Source: a virus. Taken from it: DNA of 64,000 bases. Shown piece by piece: positions 45,921 to 56,628 of the stretch; the stretch's first letter is position 1, and each line of letters begins with the position of its first letter. The notes under the pieces were generated by a model. That model had not been told where the DNA came from, did not search any database, and worked only from the letters and a program-made list of their open reading frames with translations. The translations under genes and the position numbers were made by a program. The stretch is taken from positions 1-64,000 of IMG/VR virus record IMGVR_UViG_3300029267_003532; one strand, 5' to 3'.

Positions 45921-47833
45921 TAGCTCACCTCAATCTGCTCGTGTAATCGGGGCGGCTTACGTCGCAATTTCAATCGACGAGGATGCAGCTTGTTGTATCT
46001 GTCCAGAAGCCGCTGCGTCTCATTCACATTATGAACACAACCGAAATAGAACGCGCCTGGGCGCAGATCGCTTTGCCAGTCATCTCTACGCGAGACGCGA
46101 AAGTCCCCGGTCCACGTCGTCTCATTCTCTGGGCTGCACCGGACAACCTTTCCGTCCACCGTGATCGCGGTTCCGTAATGTCGGCACAAACGCCTGGCCT
46201 CGGCCCAACGCACCGTCTCGTCGGACGTGCCATCTGGCATCCATAGTAAGATAGAATAGGGGTTTGGATAGCCCTTGAGCGGTTTATCCAGCTTGCGCGC
46301 GTAGAGCGACTTGTGTGCCAGCTTGATCATCGCCGAGGTCTCTTCAACCTCGCCGGCACGCACTACGACCGTGAGCCACGGTTCGCCGCGCTGATCGCCA
46401 AGGTCGAACTGGGGATAGTCCTGCTGATTCATGATGCAGCGCATCTCGTACACGCTGCCATACTCCCAGGGAGAGAGCCCCGTCTGTCTCCGGATCCTCG
46501 CCCACGAGCCTGCCTTGCGCCTGTACGGATGCACCCCACCGCCGACGTGTTTGCCCTTATAGAACGGTAGCTTACACCCGCACGTCACGACGTGGATAAC
46601 CTTGCCTGCCTCCAACCACTTGTACATCATGCGGTTATCGTCCGCGCCCCAACCAGGTAAGCCGAACGGCCCCTCCTCACAGAAGCGGAATCCGTCGAAA
46701 GCATCTTTATAGAATAGCCCGTACCCGGTATGGGACAAGCACCGATTCTGATAGGCCCGCTCGATCCAGTCCGGCCAGCGCACCCAAGCCTCGTCTTCGT
46801 CGATACGCATATCGGGGATCTCAACCCCAATCCCGATCAGGCCTGGGCGGGGGCTGAGATAGTCGAGCATCTTTTCCACGCCGCCGTGGAGTGGCACCAC
46901 ACCGCCGTCGAGCATCAGTACGTGGCTATACCCGCCGTCACATTCTGCCGCATTCAATCCGGCATTGCGCCCTGGGCCAGCGCCCGTGTTCTCTCGATGA
47001 ATCACCGTCAAGCCGCTCTGTTCATTCAGCCAGGCCATTGTGCCGTCGTGGCTGCCATTGTTGACGATTATGATCTCGTCAACCGGCTCCTTGTCCAGTA
47101 CGTCGAGCTGACGCTTCAGAACGTCGCAGTTGTCCAACGTCGTGATGACCGCCTTGACCACATAGCTTTTGGTCAGCAGCGGGGCCTCTGGCCACTGGTA
47201 GCCATAGTCAGAGGCAATGTCCTGCAACATCGTGCGCACGCCATCGTCATGAAGCATATTCGGATGAAAGACGGTTTGATATTGCGCGTGCTTGTTGTGT
47301 TTTCGGTTGAGGTACAGCGCATCACGCGGCTTGACTGTATCCAGCAGGCCCTGCTTGTGGAGAATCTCAACCAACTCGACCGGATCACGCGCAATATCAA
47401 ACCGCACGTGCGCCCGGTCCTCGCATGCATACTCAATCATGTGATTCCACACTACATAGCGGTAGGCGTACCGATCGAGAGGGTACTCGTACTCGGCAAC
47501 CTCGGGGAAACGCTTTTCAAAAAAGTGCCAGTAGATGGGTGAGAGATGTGTCGGCTCACGTATCCAGCTTTCCATCACCTGCTTGGGGTGACGAATCAGA
47601 TGGATAACAAATGCCTCAGCCAAGGGCGCCGTGTACAGCCACGGCGCGGCCAGCCAACTCGATTCGCCTCGCACGCGCAGGCGCACCTTGAGTCGCTCTA
47701 GAGAGGCAAGATAGCCCCAGTAGGAGAACACATCCTCGTGCCCTGTCTCAATGCCGGCAGTGGTCAAGAGCCGGGCGACCATGCCTGTTCCACAGCGGCC
47801 TGTTCCTGTCGCTATCACGTCGATCTTACGCAT
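45920..47833 (-). CDS. Sulfotransferase-GT2 glycosyltransferase fusion
   Basis: ATGTGRCGT (5'-PSB) and IHLIRHPKQVMES (3'-PB); then VITTLD...IIIVNNGSHDGT...ENTGAGPGRNAG...LMLDG...GWGADD. Confidence 0.8.
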   Translation of the reverse strand: MRKIDVIATGTGRCGTGMVARLLTTAGIETGHEDVFSYWGYLASLERLKVRLRVRGESSWLAAPWLYTAPLAEAFVIHLIRHPKQVMESWIREPTHLSPIYWHFFEKRFPEVAEYEYPLDRYAYRYVVWNHMIEYACEDRAHVRFDIARDPVELVEILHKQGLLDTVKPRDALYLNRKHNKHAQYQTVFHPNMLHDDGVRTMLQDIASDYGYQWPEAPLLTKSYVVKAVITTLDNCDVLKRQLDVLDKEPVDEIIIVNNGSHDGTMAWLNEQSGLTVIHRENTGAGPGRNAGLNAAECDGGYSHVLMLDGGVVPLHGGVEKMLDYLSPRPGLIGIGVEIPDMRIDEDEAWVRWPDWIERAYQNRCLSHTGYGLFYKDAFDGFRFCEEGPFGLPGWGADDNRMMYKWLEAGKVIHVVTCGCKLPFYKGKHVGGGVHPYRRKAGSWARIRRQTGLSPWEYGSVYEMRCIMNQQDYPQFDLGDQRGEPWLTVVVRAGEVEETSAMIKLAHKSLYARKLDKPLKGYPNPYSILLWMPDGTSDETVRWAEARRLCRHYGTAITVDGKVVRCSPENETTWTGDFRVSRRDDWQSDLRPGAFYFGCVHNVNETQRLLDRYNKLHPRRLKLRRKPPRLHEQIEVS

Positions 47834-49235
47834 TTGGCGGAGGCTCCTTGGTTGTCTCATTCGGCCACCATGGACCGGGATGTCCCTCCAATGGATCAAG
47901 GTAGAGCAATGGTTCAAACTTGCACCACCCCTGACGCAGGCTCCATTCTTTACGCATCTGCGTTCTGGCCCACAGCGCCCGGTTGTGGAGGGTCAACTCG
48001 GTGATCAGCCGCTTGCCCTCGATCTTCCACTGCGCGATCTCGCGCTGCCGGTGTTTCGGCTTCCATTTGCGCTGAATCTCCATTGAGCCAAAATCGAAAT
48101 AGATCGCATAGTCCTTGAATTTCTCCAAGTGCACGCGCAGGTCAAAGTTCAGGGCAAGCAAATTTCCGCCCAGCACTGCGGCCTCGATCACTGTAAGCCC
48201 ACACGTCTCCGAGATGGATGGATGTGCATAGACGTTGGTCAGGTAGAATAGCTCGCCGACCACGCGTGGGTCGACGCCGGCGACAAAGCGGTCGTCGATC
48301 TCGGACGCAAAGTGCAGCCACGAGCGGATATTCAACTTCTCGGCCAAGTCACAGCAATATCGCTTGTACTCCATAAACTCTTCGCCGAGGCTCTGCCAAT
48401 CGACGCCGATCAAGCAGCCCGTATAACCAGAATCCTTGACGCCAGCCAGCAACATAATGATCTTGTGGATCTGCTTGGAACGCCCCATCCGTGCCGGGTA
48501 GATCATCCCGACGTCGGCCTCCAACAGGCCGGTCGCACGCGCGATCTTGAGCGTCTCTGGTCGAAACTGCCACTTGTGCAGCAGATCCACGGCGTGGGCG
48601 GAATCACAGCACACCGAGCGCCAGGGCTCGCCGGCCAGGCGATAGGACCGGTCTACGTATGCCTTCTCTGAGTAGTTTGGATAGACAAAGTATCCCGGCG
48701 CAGCCAGCCCCCGGCACATCTCTGGGTAGGTCATTGGTGTGACCTGGGTCGGCGTGGAATGCACCCAGTGCAGCCATACCAGACCCGGCAGCCGCTGGGC
48801 CACGCGTCGCATAGCGACGTTGTGTTCGTGGTACACGTCGAGCAGTACAATGTCGTGCGTGATGCACACGTTCACATCCTGGAGATTCTCATAGAGAACC
48901 TCTTCAATCTGGGCGACGCGCTTCTCAAAATCATCAGCTATGCCCTGCACGAGGTGCAGGGGAGGGATCACCGGACGGAGATCGATTTTGGCCCGGTCCC
49001 ACACACCCGGGGGGGACGCAGTCTGGAATGGGACCAATGTGTCTGGCCCAGACGTCTGGCGAACCGGCATACCCTCTTGCACCAGCACACGCACCGGGTT
49101 GTAGCCATGCTCCATCAGCATGCGGATTTGGTTGGTCGCAACTGTGACAATGCTGTAGCCGGTATCCGTCGTATAAAATGTGGTCAGGAGAGCAACTTGT
49201 GGCCTTGACTTTCGACGTCTAACTTGTATCTGCAT
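47826..49235 (-). CDS. GT4 (GT-B) glycosyltransferase
   Basis: YPARMGRSKQ; HPSISETCGLTVIEAA (EX7E motif). Confidence 0.85.
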   Translation of the reverse strand: MQIQVRRRKSRPQVALLTTFYTTDTGYSIVTVATNQIRMLMEHGYNPVRVLVQEGMPVRQTSGPDTLVPFQTASPPGVWDRAKIDLRPVIPPLHLVQGIADDFEKRVAQIEEVLYENLQDVNVCITHDIVLLDVYHEHNVAMRRVAQRLPGLVWLHWVHSTPTQVTPMTYPEMCRGLAAPGYFVYPNYSEKAYVDRSYRLAGEPWRSVCCDSAHAVDLLHKWQFRPETLKIARATGLLEADVGMIYPARMGRSKQIHKIIMLLAGVKDSGYTGCLIGVDWQSLGEEFMEYKRYCCDLAEKLNIRSWLHFASEIDDRFVAGVDPRVVGELFYLTNVYAHPSISETCGLTVIEAAVLGGNLLALNFDLRVHLEKFKDYAIYFDFGSMEIQRKWKPKHRQREIAQWKIEGKRLITELTLHNRALWARTQMRKEWSLRQGWCKFEPLLYLDPLEGHPGPWWPNETTKEPPPNA

Positions 49236-49244
49236 ACAATCTTC

Positions 49245-49997
49245 CTAGTTGATCGTGACCTCTTCGGCCACGCGCGCCGCCGGCGCGATGTAGAGTGTTC
49301 CAGCCACAGCATGTGCCAGGCCCGGGGCAAAGTGAACAGAGCGCAGCTCTCCACGAACAATCGCGTTTTCTAGCTGTGCATGTCCATCGTCGTCCAAGCG
49401 CCAGCCCTGCCGCGCATCCACGTGCTCCGAACTACGAATATGACTGCTCCACGCCACCAAGCCAACCTCGCCCGTATCCGGCACGCTACTGAATGCAAAT
49501 CGCCCGCCAGCCTCACTTCGCCCCACCCACGCGCCGTCACTGGCCTGCAGGCCCTCCGCAAAGCCAATGGTCTTGGTTAGTGTCTTGCCCCATGCGGGCG
49601 CATATGGATTGGCTCCGGCAACCTGTATTTCGCCTTCCTCATCCGGACCGGGCGACAATTTCCAATCAGAACCATCAGGAGAGGCAATCGTATCATTCTC
49701 TCCACTGGGTGAGAGTAGCTCATCCAGATTGACCACTGCAAGGTCTCGCTCGACCCCGTTCTCGTCGAGTGCGTACAGGTGTCCGTTCTCCAGCGCATAG
49801 ACTCTGACGCTGCCCACGCGTGGCGTGCTGGGTCGCTCAATCACCGCAAACTGCAACAAGTCGCCCAAATCGATCTGCCCATCCACGGCCCCGCCGGCTG
49901 TGGACAGCACATACGCAAACATCTGCCTGAGACGCTCAAGCTCAGCTCTCAGATCAGCGATATTCTGTTCGGCCTGCGAGAGTTGCTGTTTTTGCAT
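49245..49997 (-). CDS. Tail protein
   Basis: N-terminal coiled coil; GWRLDDDGHAQLENAIVRGEL host-specificity-like segment. Confidence 0.6.
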   Translation of the reverse strand: MQKQQLSQAEQNIADLRAELERLRQMFAYVLSTAGGAVDGQIDLGDLLQFAVIERPSTPRVGSVRVYALENGHLYALDENGVERDLAVVNLDELLSPSGENDTIASPDGSDWKLSPGPDEEGEIQVAGANPYAPAWGKTLTKTIGFAEGLQASDGAWVGRSEAGGRFAFSSVPDTGEVGLVAWSSHIRSSEHVDARQGWRLDDDGHAQLENAIVRGELRSVHFAPGLAHAVAGTLYIAPAARVAEEVTIN

Positions 49998-50000
49998 GAT

Positions 50001-52517
50001 CTACTCATAGAACGGATAGATAGTCCGGAAGAGCGCGTGTGCCTGAATAGACGTCGAGTCGCCGGGCACATGCTGGTCTTTGATCTCATGTACTTCAAAA
50101 TGTGAAATGCGCGTACCTTCGTTTGAGACCGAAAGGCCGCATTTACTACCCGTATGTGTTGAATCTGTGGTCTCACAAACCAATGTCTCAGGGCGGAACA
50201 GGTCCTCCTTGGTCCGGCTGACAAACAGGTACAGATTGCCTCCGTGAGCAATCGCACCAATCCAGAACCATTGACGAGAGGGAACCTGATACACAACAGT
50301 ATCCAAATCTGTAGCAAAACTCGCCGTGTGCTCTTGGATCGTCACAACAGGCTGGGAAAAGGAAAACAAGTACCCGTCTTCGCTGCCATAGGTCAGATCG
50401 CTGGCTCTCAACCAGATGCCAGCATGCATAAATGAGGCATTGTCCACCCATACTTTGGCCCATGCCATCATATCGGTGAACCCCAACGCCGACGCCCACT
50501 CTAGCGGCACAGGAATGACGTCCGCTTGCATTTCGCCAAACTCTTCGACTGAGTAATAGTAGGTCTCGCCGCTCTGTGTAGCAATATGCCCTCGCGTGAC
50601 GGCATCGCCATTCCAAGCTATACCTGTCTCATTGAACTCACCTGCATCATCTGGATCCGCCTTACAGGCCCGTAGGTCGTCCAAATAGAGCACATGCTGT
50701 GATCCGCTTGTATACGTGCCAATGATTCGCACACTCTGGATGTTGGACCAACTCGGTGTCTCATGTTCGCTGAAACTAGACAACGTTGCCTTTAGAATCT
50801 GCCAGGGACCTGCTTTGATGGTGGGCGAAAACGTGTAGCTGAAATAGGAATCGTCAGAGCTATACAATCTCAGCTCTACAGACAGCGCTGAGGGTAGAGA
50901 ATAGTACGCAAGATTGCACGCCAGGGCGATGTAATCTCCTGACTCGAACGCTCCCAGATTGATCGGCGTGGGTAGCGTACCAACCATATCGCCCGCGCCG
51001 CCAGAAAACGTCATTGATTGCGACGCAGCTCCATCCTGACAAATATACTCGTACGCGTCTGTGTTTGCCGTCGAGCCGATCCACGATTCGTCGCCCTCGA
51101 ATATGGCAATTTGTTCCCAGAAATGGTCATAGTCTTCAAACGTCTCTTTGATGGTTGTAGCCTTGTAGCGATGCCACATTACATCAAGCCGATTGTTTTG
51201 ACCCGGCAAAAACGCCGGCACATTGCCATACGCGGACACGAGATGAGTCATTTTATTGCTGCCATCGATGACGTGCAGCACCTCGCTGTCCGAGAGATGT
51301 TCGAGCAGCAGCGTTTCGCTGTCTGACACTCCCTCTCCTAAAGGTAGAAACGCCTCGATCGCGGCTTCATCTGTGTAGAGCAATTTGACGCCATCGATGT
51401 CTAGCTTGGACGTACCGCGCTTGCGCTTGACGTACACATCGACGTAGAGATTGATGTCCTCCACATCGCTCATCTCGGTGTCAGGCAGATCAAATTCGCC
51501 AAGCAGACGCGCCTCCCATTGATGCGTCTGCGACACACGCTTGATAGAGCCATAGCTAACCTGGGCGCCGTAGGGCCAGCCGTAGCGAATGTCCCAGTCC
51601 AACTCACTATGCGCATTGCTGCGCGTGATAACGGCGACTGCCGCGCGCCCCCGGTGATCGCTCCAATTGGAGAGGGTAAAACGTCGCCCGTACTCGGTCT
51701 CATTGTGCTCCGGCACACAGCGCATGTAGCTGCCGCCGCAGCGATCGGCGTCGACGACCGTTGACCAGGCACTGGATGTATTGATGTACGCACTGTCAGA
51801 TGAAGGGTAGGTCGTCGCCAAGTTGTCGAGGCCTTCTGTTCGTCGAGCCAGCCAGAACCGCTCAATAGAGGCCGCACCTCCAGCGCTTGGCGTGACTTGG
51901 TAGCGCATCAGCGCAGGCAGGCTGCCTTTAATGTCGTCGCCGTCGACGGTGACATAATCCTGACTACCGTCCCCCACATTGTGCAGCGTGGTCGCGGACA
52001 GCACCTCGACCAGGCTGTCCGGGTCACTGGTCGCTATAGGCCACGTGCGCAGCGTGACGTCCACCTCTAGCCGAAACAATCCGCTGCTGTTCGCGCCACG
52101 ATCCGGGCGATTCTTGGCGCGCTGCCTCAGCGCCGGCACCGGACTTTGCACGTAATGGTAAAACGTCGAGCGCGTCCCCGCCGCCGCCCCTTCCGGTTTG
52201 TATTCAAGCGTTCCACCTGCCACATTGCGCACGGCAAGCTGGAACGCTTCCAGCTTACCCATCATCCCCGCCCACGTCGCGCTGCTGATAATTGCCGTGA
52301 ACGTCACATCTGCCAGGTTCGATGTCTCGTCGACAGCGACAGGAAACTCGCCCCCCTCTCCGCCGTAAACGACCTCGATTCGCTTCTCTTCGCTAAAACG
52401 CAGCGTTCCAACGTTGACGGTATAGCCCTCGCTCGCGCCGGTCTGCAAGGACAGATCAAACGTGATGTCGTCGCGCCCGTCTGGGTGGAGGATCAGGGTT
52501 GTATTGCTTCCACTCAC
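50001..52517 (-). CDS. Distal tail (Dit-like) protein with inserted carbohydrate-binding-like domains
   Basis: Follows the tape measure gene; FLPGQNNRL; YLDDLR beta-sandwich. Confidence 0.6.
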   Translation of the reverse strand: MSGSNTTLILHPDGRDDITFDLSLQTGASEGYTVNVGTLRFSEEKRIEVVYGGEGGEFPVAVDETSNLADVTFTAIISSATWAGMMGKLEAFQLAVRNVAGGTLEYKPEGAAAGTRSTFYHYVQSPVPALRQRAKNRPDRGANSSGLFRLEVDVTLRTWPIATSDPDSLVEVLSATTLHNVGDGSQDYVTVDGDDIKGSLPALMRYQVTPSAGGAASIERFWLARRTEGLDNLATTYPSSDSAYINTSSAWSTVVDADRCGGSYMRCVPEHNETEYGRRFTLSNWSDHRGRAAVAVITRSNAHSELDWDIRYGWPYGAQVSYGSIKRVSQTHQWEARLLGEFDLPDTEMSDVEDINLYVDVYVKRKRGTSKLDIDGVKLLYTDEAAIEAFLPLGEGVSDSETLLLEHLSDSEVLHVIDGSNKMTHLVSAYGNVPAFLPGQNNRLDVMWHRYKATTIKETFEDYDHFWEQIAIFEGDESWIGSTANTDAYEYICQDGAASQSMTFSGGAGDMVGTLPTPINLGAFESGDYIALACNLAYYSLPSALSVELRLYSSDDSYFSYTFSPTIKAGPWQILKATLSSFSEHETPSWSNIQSVRIIGTYTSGSQHVLYLDDLRACKADPDDAGEFNETGIAWNGDAVTRGHIATQSGETYYYSVEEFGEMQADVIPVPLEWASALGFTDMMAWAKVWVDNASFMHAGIWLRASDLTYGSEDGYLFSFSQPVVTIQEHTASFATDLDTVVYQVPSRQWFWIGAIAHGGNLYLFVSRTKEDLFRPETLVCETTDSTHTGSKCGLSVSNEGTRISHFEVHEIKDQHVPGDSTSIQAHALFRTIYPFYE

Positions 52518-52954
52518 GATTTCACCTTTGGATCATAATCCAAATGCATCAAGCGGCCCTCGATGCGTGCTACGGTCTCGCTGATCGCCTCTTCTCGCAG
52601 CGCCAACCGTTCCAGCACGCGCGCGGTCTGCTCATTGCTCTCTGCCATCTTTTCGATAGCCCGTGTCATGCTCGACCGCACGTACCACACAGGCGCACCG
52701 TCCTCATCCACACGGCTGTGCCACTCGTGCAAATCGCCGATCTGCGCTTCTATCTTGCGCAAATCGACATCACTCGGCACACAGCGCCGCGGCGCCTTGC
52801 TTTCGGCCTCCTCTGGAGCAGACTGTCCCACGGTTGTGTCGTGAGAGCCCTTGTCTATCAGAGGAGAGACCATTTTCCATACTCGTTCCAGCAACAAGAT
52901 CACCGCGATCAATCCGCCTACAAACCCGCCAATTTGAAGCAGTTCAGGGTCCAT
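52514..52954 (-). CDS. Single-TM coiled-coil protein (holin/XhlA-like?)
   Basis: MDPELLQIGGFVGGLIAVILLL; C-terminal VARIEGRL. Confidence 0.55.
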   Translation of the reverse strand: MDPELLQIGGFVGGLIAVILLLERVWKMVSPLIDKGSHDTTVGQSAPEEAESKAPRRCVPSDVDLRKIEAQIGDLHEWHSRVDEDGAPVWYVRSSMTRAIEKMAESNEQTARVLERLALREEAISETVARIEGRLMHLDYDPKVKS

Positions 52955-52976
52955 TGAATCCTCGATGTAATTGCTA

Positions 52977-55900
52977 CTATACCCCACCCGGGACAATGCT
53001 GTGCAACCCGGCGCTTTGCGTGACCTCGTCGAGCAGTTCGCGCAAGAACCCGCCGGCGTCGCGTCCATCGCGCACGTTCGGGAACGATTGCTCGCCAATC
53101 TGAATCACAACGACCGGGCTGTTCTCGAGCTGCCCGCCTGTAGTCGCCGACGCTGGTACAAGATCCGATATACCCAACTGAAAATTCAGCGCGCGCTGCA
53201 TTGCCGGCAGCAATCCGGTCAGCCGCTTTACGTTCTCCGCTGCACCCGCAAACGTCATTTCAATCGGAGAGGGGGAATTGTGCTGTGCCCACTTTGGAAG
53301 CGTCCAGCCTTCAAACTTTTCTTTTAACCTGACGATGTAATCCAGCCAGTTTTTAGCCGACTGGGTCAGATTGTCGAATACAAGCAGCACTGGATCTAGG
53401 ATATTCAATTTGGCGTTGCTCAACGCGTCTATCAATGTATTCCAGCTCTCGAGGAGCGTTGTGCCTAGCCATGAATCCAGTGCCTCGATTGCCTTGACAA
53501 AGTTGTCATTGATAAAAGTGACAATCTCGTCAAAGATGGGCTTGATGTCTTCCTCGACAAAATCCCACACATCTTGCAGTGCAGGAAGAAGCGTTTCGCT
53601 CCATGCTCCGGCCAGCAGTTCGGCGGCCTTGAGAACCGTGACTTCGAGCAGCTCGCGCAGGGCGTCGAAGAGGGGATGAAGATCCTCCTCAAGGAATCGC
53701 CTTCCTCGTTCCCACATCGGAATCAGCGTCTCATCCCACACGGTTTGCAGTGTGGCGATTCCTTCGGGTATCTTTGTCTCCAGGAACTCGAGCAACGTGC
53801 CCAGGATCGGAACTTCTTTGAGGTCTTCCCACCATTCGCCGAACTTTTGGGCGACCAAGCGTTTGCCCTCGTCGAACCAAGTCGCGATCTTTGTCTTGGC
53901 CGTGTTCAGGTATCCCTGTGCCTTTTGAGGCAGCGTAGAGAAAAAGCCCTCGACCTCTCCACGAATTCCCTGAAACTCTTCAGAGAACCCGCCGAACTCG
54001 AGATCTAGTCCAACCTTGGCCCCCTCGCCGCCAACCTGGAGGTTACTCAACGCGGACAGCGCATCGCTGACGCCGCTGACCTTGTCGGCCAGCTCAGACA
54101 TCGCGTCAACCATCTCGCGTTGGATGTCTGCCCCATCCTGGAGCGCCGCCAGGTATTCCTGCTGCCACGAAACTGCATCCTCAGCGGCCTGGGCCTCTCC
54201 CTCGGCAGATTCCAACTTTTGGCGCAGTGCGTCAGGAATAAACCCCGCCGCTTCAGCATCGGCGACCTCGGACTGCACTGCCTGGAGGTTCTTCATCGCC
54301 TTCTGATGTTCGAGCGTCAAGCGAATATACTTGGTGTATTCTTCGCCGCCCTCGCCCAGGCGTTCGGCAATTCCAGAGAGCACTTCCTCGTTGACCTGGC
54401 CTGTCTCTCGGAATCCGGCGATTACCTGGGCCACCTCTGCGCGCACCTCGCGGAACGTGCCGAGCATTTCGTCCTGGTCCATATCGCCCAATGAGACCGC
54501 CGTCTCCAGCGCCGACCGGATCGGGGCCAGCGTGTCGCGCAAGATGCCAAAATCCGCAAGCGCGAACGACTGGAGGTACGTGTCCATCAGGTTCTTGCCC
54601 CACTTGACGATGGAGGCAAGCGGACCTTCTTTCGGCGGTGAGAACGAGGCGAGGAAACGAGAGATCATCGTGCCGATGAACGTCACGGCTTGCTTGAGCA
54701 CTGTCCGGCCGGCATTGACGATGCCCTGTCCGAACGATACGATCAAGTTCCAGCCCCACTGAAGCGCACCTTTGACATGCTTGCGCCACACGAGCACGAT
54801 CATGGTCACGACGTTGAGCGCGGCGTCGCGCAGAGGGACCATCGCCTGATCGGCGCGACCCTCGAGGAGCAGTCGTAGAGATTCGAGTAGAGACTGAAAC
54901 GTGCTCAGCACGACCGCGGCGGCATCGTTGATCGTGAGCAGAAACTCGCGGATACCGACCCCGCCCTGGAACAGACCGCGCAGTCGGGCAAAGAAGGGCT
55001 CAATCGTGTTGCGCACGAGACCCTGGAAGGTCTCTTTCAGCGCCGCAAAAGACTGCTTGATCTGGTTGGCCCAGAACCGGATCGTCTGCATGATCTGATC
55101 GAGCGTGGGCTTGACGTAGGCAATCACGCCCTCGACCGTGGTGCGCAGTCCGCCCCAGTCTTCTTTCCACCCGCGCGCAAGCATCTTGCCCACGGCAGCC
55201 AGGGCGACAATCGCCGCCACGACCCCCGCAATGATCGGAAGGATCGGCCCCAGGCTAGCCGCGCCCGAGATACCCAGCATCTTGAGCCCGGCGCTCACCG
55301 ACCCAAGCATCGCCTTCAACTTGGGCAGCATGCCGATGACCGTGATCACCGGCCCAGCCACCGCGCCCAGCCCAGCGCCTGCCACGGCGATGCTCGCCAC
55401 GGCTCGCTTGATCGGTTCAGGGATACGATCCCACAGCCCGATCAGCGACGTCAGCAGGTCAGCCATCCTGCCAGCAGCCGGGGCAAACAGCTTTTTGATG
55501 TCGTTGCCCATGTTGCGAATACTGGCCCGCGCGCGTGCGATCTTGGTCGCATTCGTCTCAGTAACTTCGCCAAAGAATTCGCTCTGACGTGCAGCCGCTT
55601 CTCTGGTGGCCGTCAGGATCGCAAGCTGTTGTTGCTCGCGTGAAAGTTGGTTTGCCTCCACGCCAATGCTCTTAGCATAACGTTCCTTAGCCTCGGCCTC
55701 AGAGACGATCAGGCCCAGATCGTCCAAGCGCGCGGCGGACCCACGCGCCAGGCCCAGCGCCAACTGCTCATAGAGTTCAGAAAAGCCCTTGCCAGTTGCC
55801 TCTGCAGCCGTCGCCACAGAGTTGAGCATCCAGCCCATTTCTTTCATCGGGTCGATGCCGGCCAGGGCCAAGGCGTTGGCTTTGCTCATCAACTCGGCTT

Positions 55901-56180
55901 CGTCTACGACACCCCGGCTGGCTTCCTGCCAATCTCCGAGCATCTCACCAGCATTCTTGCCGAATGCCTTGGTCATGCGCGCGAACTTGCGCTCGATGCC
56001 CTCGAGGGCGGCGCCGCCCTCGCCCAACTTGAACATCGCAGCAAGGCCTGATGCCGAGGTCGCCGTCAATGCAGCGCCGAATGTGGCCAGTCGCTTTTGC
56101 ATTTTACTCAGCGTAGCCTCGCCGCTCGCGGACTTGCCTATAATTTCAAAGACGATTTTTTCAATGTTGCCAAAAGACAT
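52977..56180 (-). CDS. Tail tape measure protein
   Basis: 1067 aa, Ala/Gly-rich helical, RLDDLG, central hydrophobic stretch, W-periodic repeats, HNSPS motif. Confidence 0.92.
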   Translation of the reverse strand: MSFGNIEKIVFEIIGKSASGEATLSKMQKRLATFGAALTATSASGLAAMFKLGEGGAALEGIERKFARMTKAFGKNAGEMLGDWQEASRGVVDEAELMSKANALALAGIDPMKEMGWMLNSVATAAEATGKGFSELYEQLALGLARGSAARLDDLGLIVSEAEAKERYAKSIGVEANQLSREQQQLAILTATREAAARQSEFFGEVTETNATKIARARASIRNMGNDIKKLFAPAAGRMADLLTSLIGLWDRIPEPIKRAVASIAVAGAGLGAVAGPVITVIGMLPKLKAMLGSVSAGLKMLGISGAASLGPILPIIAGVVAAIVALAAVGKMLARGWKEDWGGLRTTVEGVIAYVKPTLDQIMQTIRFWANQIKQSFAALKETFQGLVRNTIEPFFARLRGLFQGGVGIREFLLTINDAAAVVLSTFQSLLESLRLLLEGRADQAMVPLRDAALNVVTMIVLVWRKHVKGALQWGWNLIVSFGQGIVNAGRTVLKQAVTFIGTMISRFLASFSPPKEGPLASIVKWGKNLMDTYLQSFALADFGILRDTLAPIRSALETAVSLGDMDQDEMLGTFREVRAEVAQVIAGFRETGQVNEEVLSGIAERLGEGGEEYTKYIRLTLEHQKAMKNLQAVQSEVADAEAAGFIPDALRQKLESAEGEAQAAEDAVSWQQEYLAALQDGADIQREMVDAMSELADKVSGVSDALSALSNLQVGGEGAKVGLDLEFGGFSEEFQGIRGEVEGFFSTLPQKAQGYLNTAKTKIATWFDEGKRLVAQKFGEWWEDLKEVPILGTLLEFLETKIPEGIATLQTVWDETLIPMWERGRRFLEEDLHPLFDALRELLEVTVLKAAELLAGAWSETLLPALQDVWDFVEEDIKPIFDEIVTFINDNFVKAIEALDSWLGTTLLESWNTLIDALSNAKLNILDPVLLVFDNLTQSAKNWLDYIVRLKEKFEGWTLPKWAQHNSPSPIEMTFAGAAENVKRLTGLLPAMQRALNFQLGISDLVPASATTGGQLENSPVVVIQIGEQSFPNVRDGRDAGGFLRELLDEVTQSAGLHSIVPGGV

Positions 56181-56628
56181 CTTTGATGTCCTGCTCCTCT
56201 ATTGCGTTAGGATCATAATTCGTATATCTACCGAGTCTGTTTGCGTACTCAAACCGTTCTCGAAATTCCGATGAGCCACTCAACTGCGCCGGCTCAGATT
56301 CATCTGTCACATCGTCAAACGAAGGCAGGTCAGGCAGCCGCTTTGCCTTCTTGGACAACATCGGCGCCAGCGCGCGCGACATGCCTACTTCTATCGACGA
56401 GACCTGCGCCATTCGATCGTTCCACTTGGCCCGCGCTACATATTCGTATTGCGAAAGCAGCCAGCTACCGGACCGAGCATAGATGTATTCATCGGTGAGG
56501 CCACGGTAACTGGCTACGTCAAAGACCAGAGCGTCGATCAGTTTGAGGGCACGCTGAAACTGCCCCGCAAGCGTTACAGTGTCATGCCTCCCAGCAGCCC
56601 GTCCACGCTGCCCAAACCGGCGAAAAAA
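56161..56628 (-). CDS. Tail assembly chaperone -1 frameshift extension (gpT-like)
   Basis: Slippery T TTT TTC at 56628-56622; the -1 frame is open to 56161 without its own upstream start. Confidence 0.75.
   Translation of the reverse strand, partial: FFRRFGQRGRAAGRHDTVTLAGQFQRALKLIDALVFDVASYRGLTDEYIYARSGSWLLSQYEYVARAKWNDRMAQVSSIEVGMSRALAPMLSKKAKRLPDLPSFDDVTDESEPAQLSGSSEFRERFEYANRLGRYTNYDPNAIEEQDIKDVFWQH

Noticed and set aside
47063-47080. Reverse copy of the 18-bp motif
   Set aside because: Only the GATCATAATC core matches; it is mid-gene and explained by the EIII codons
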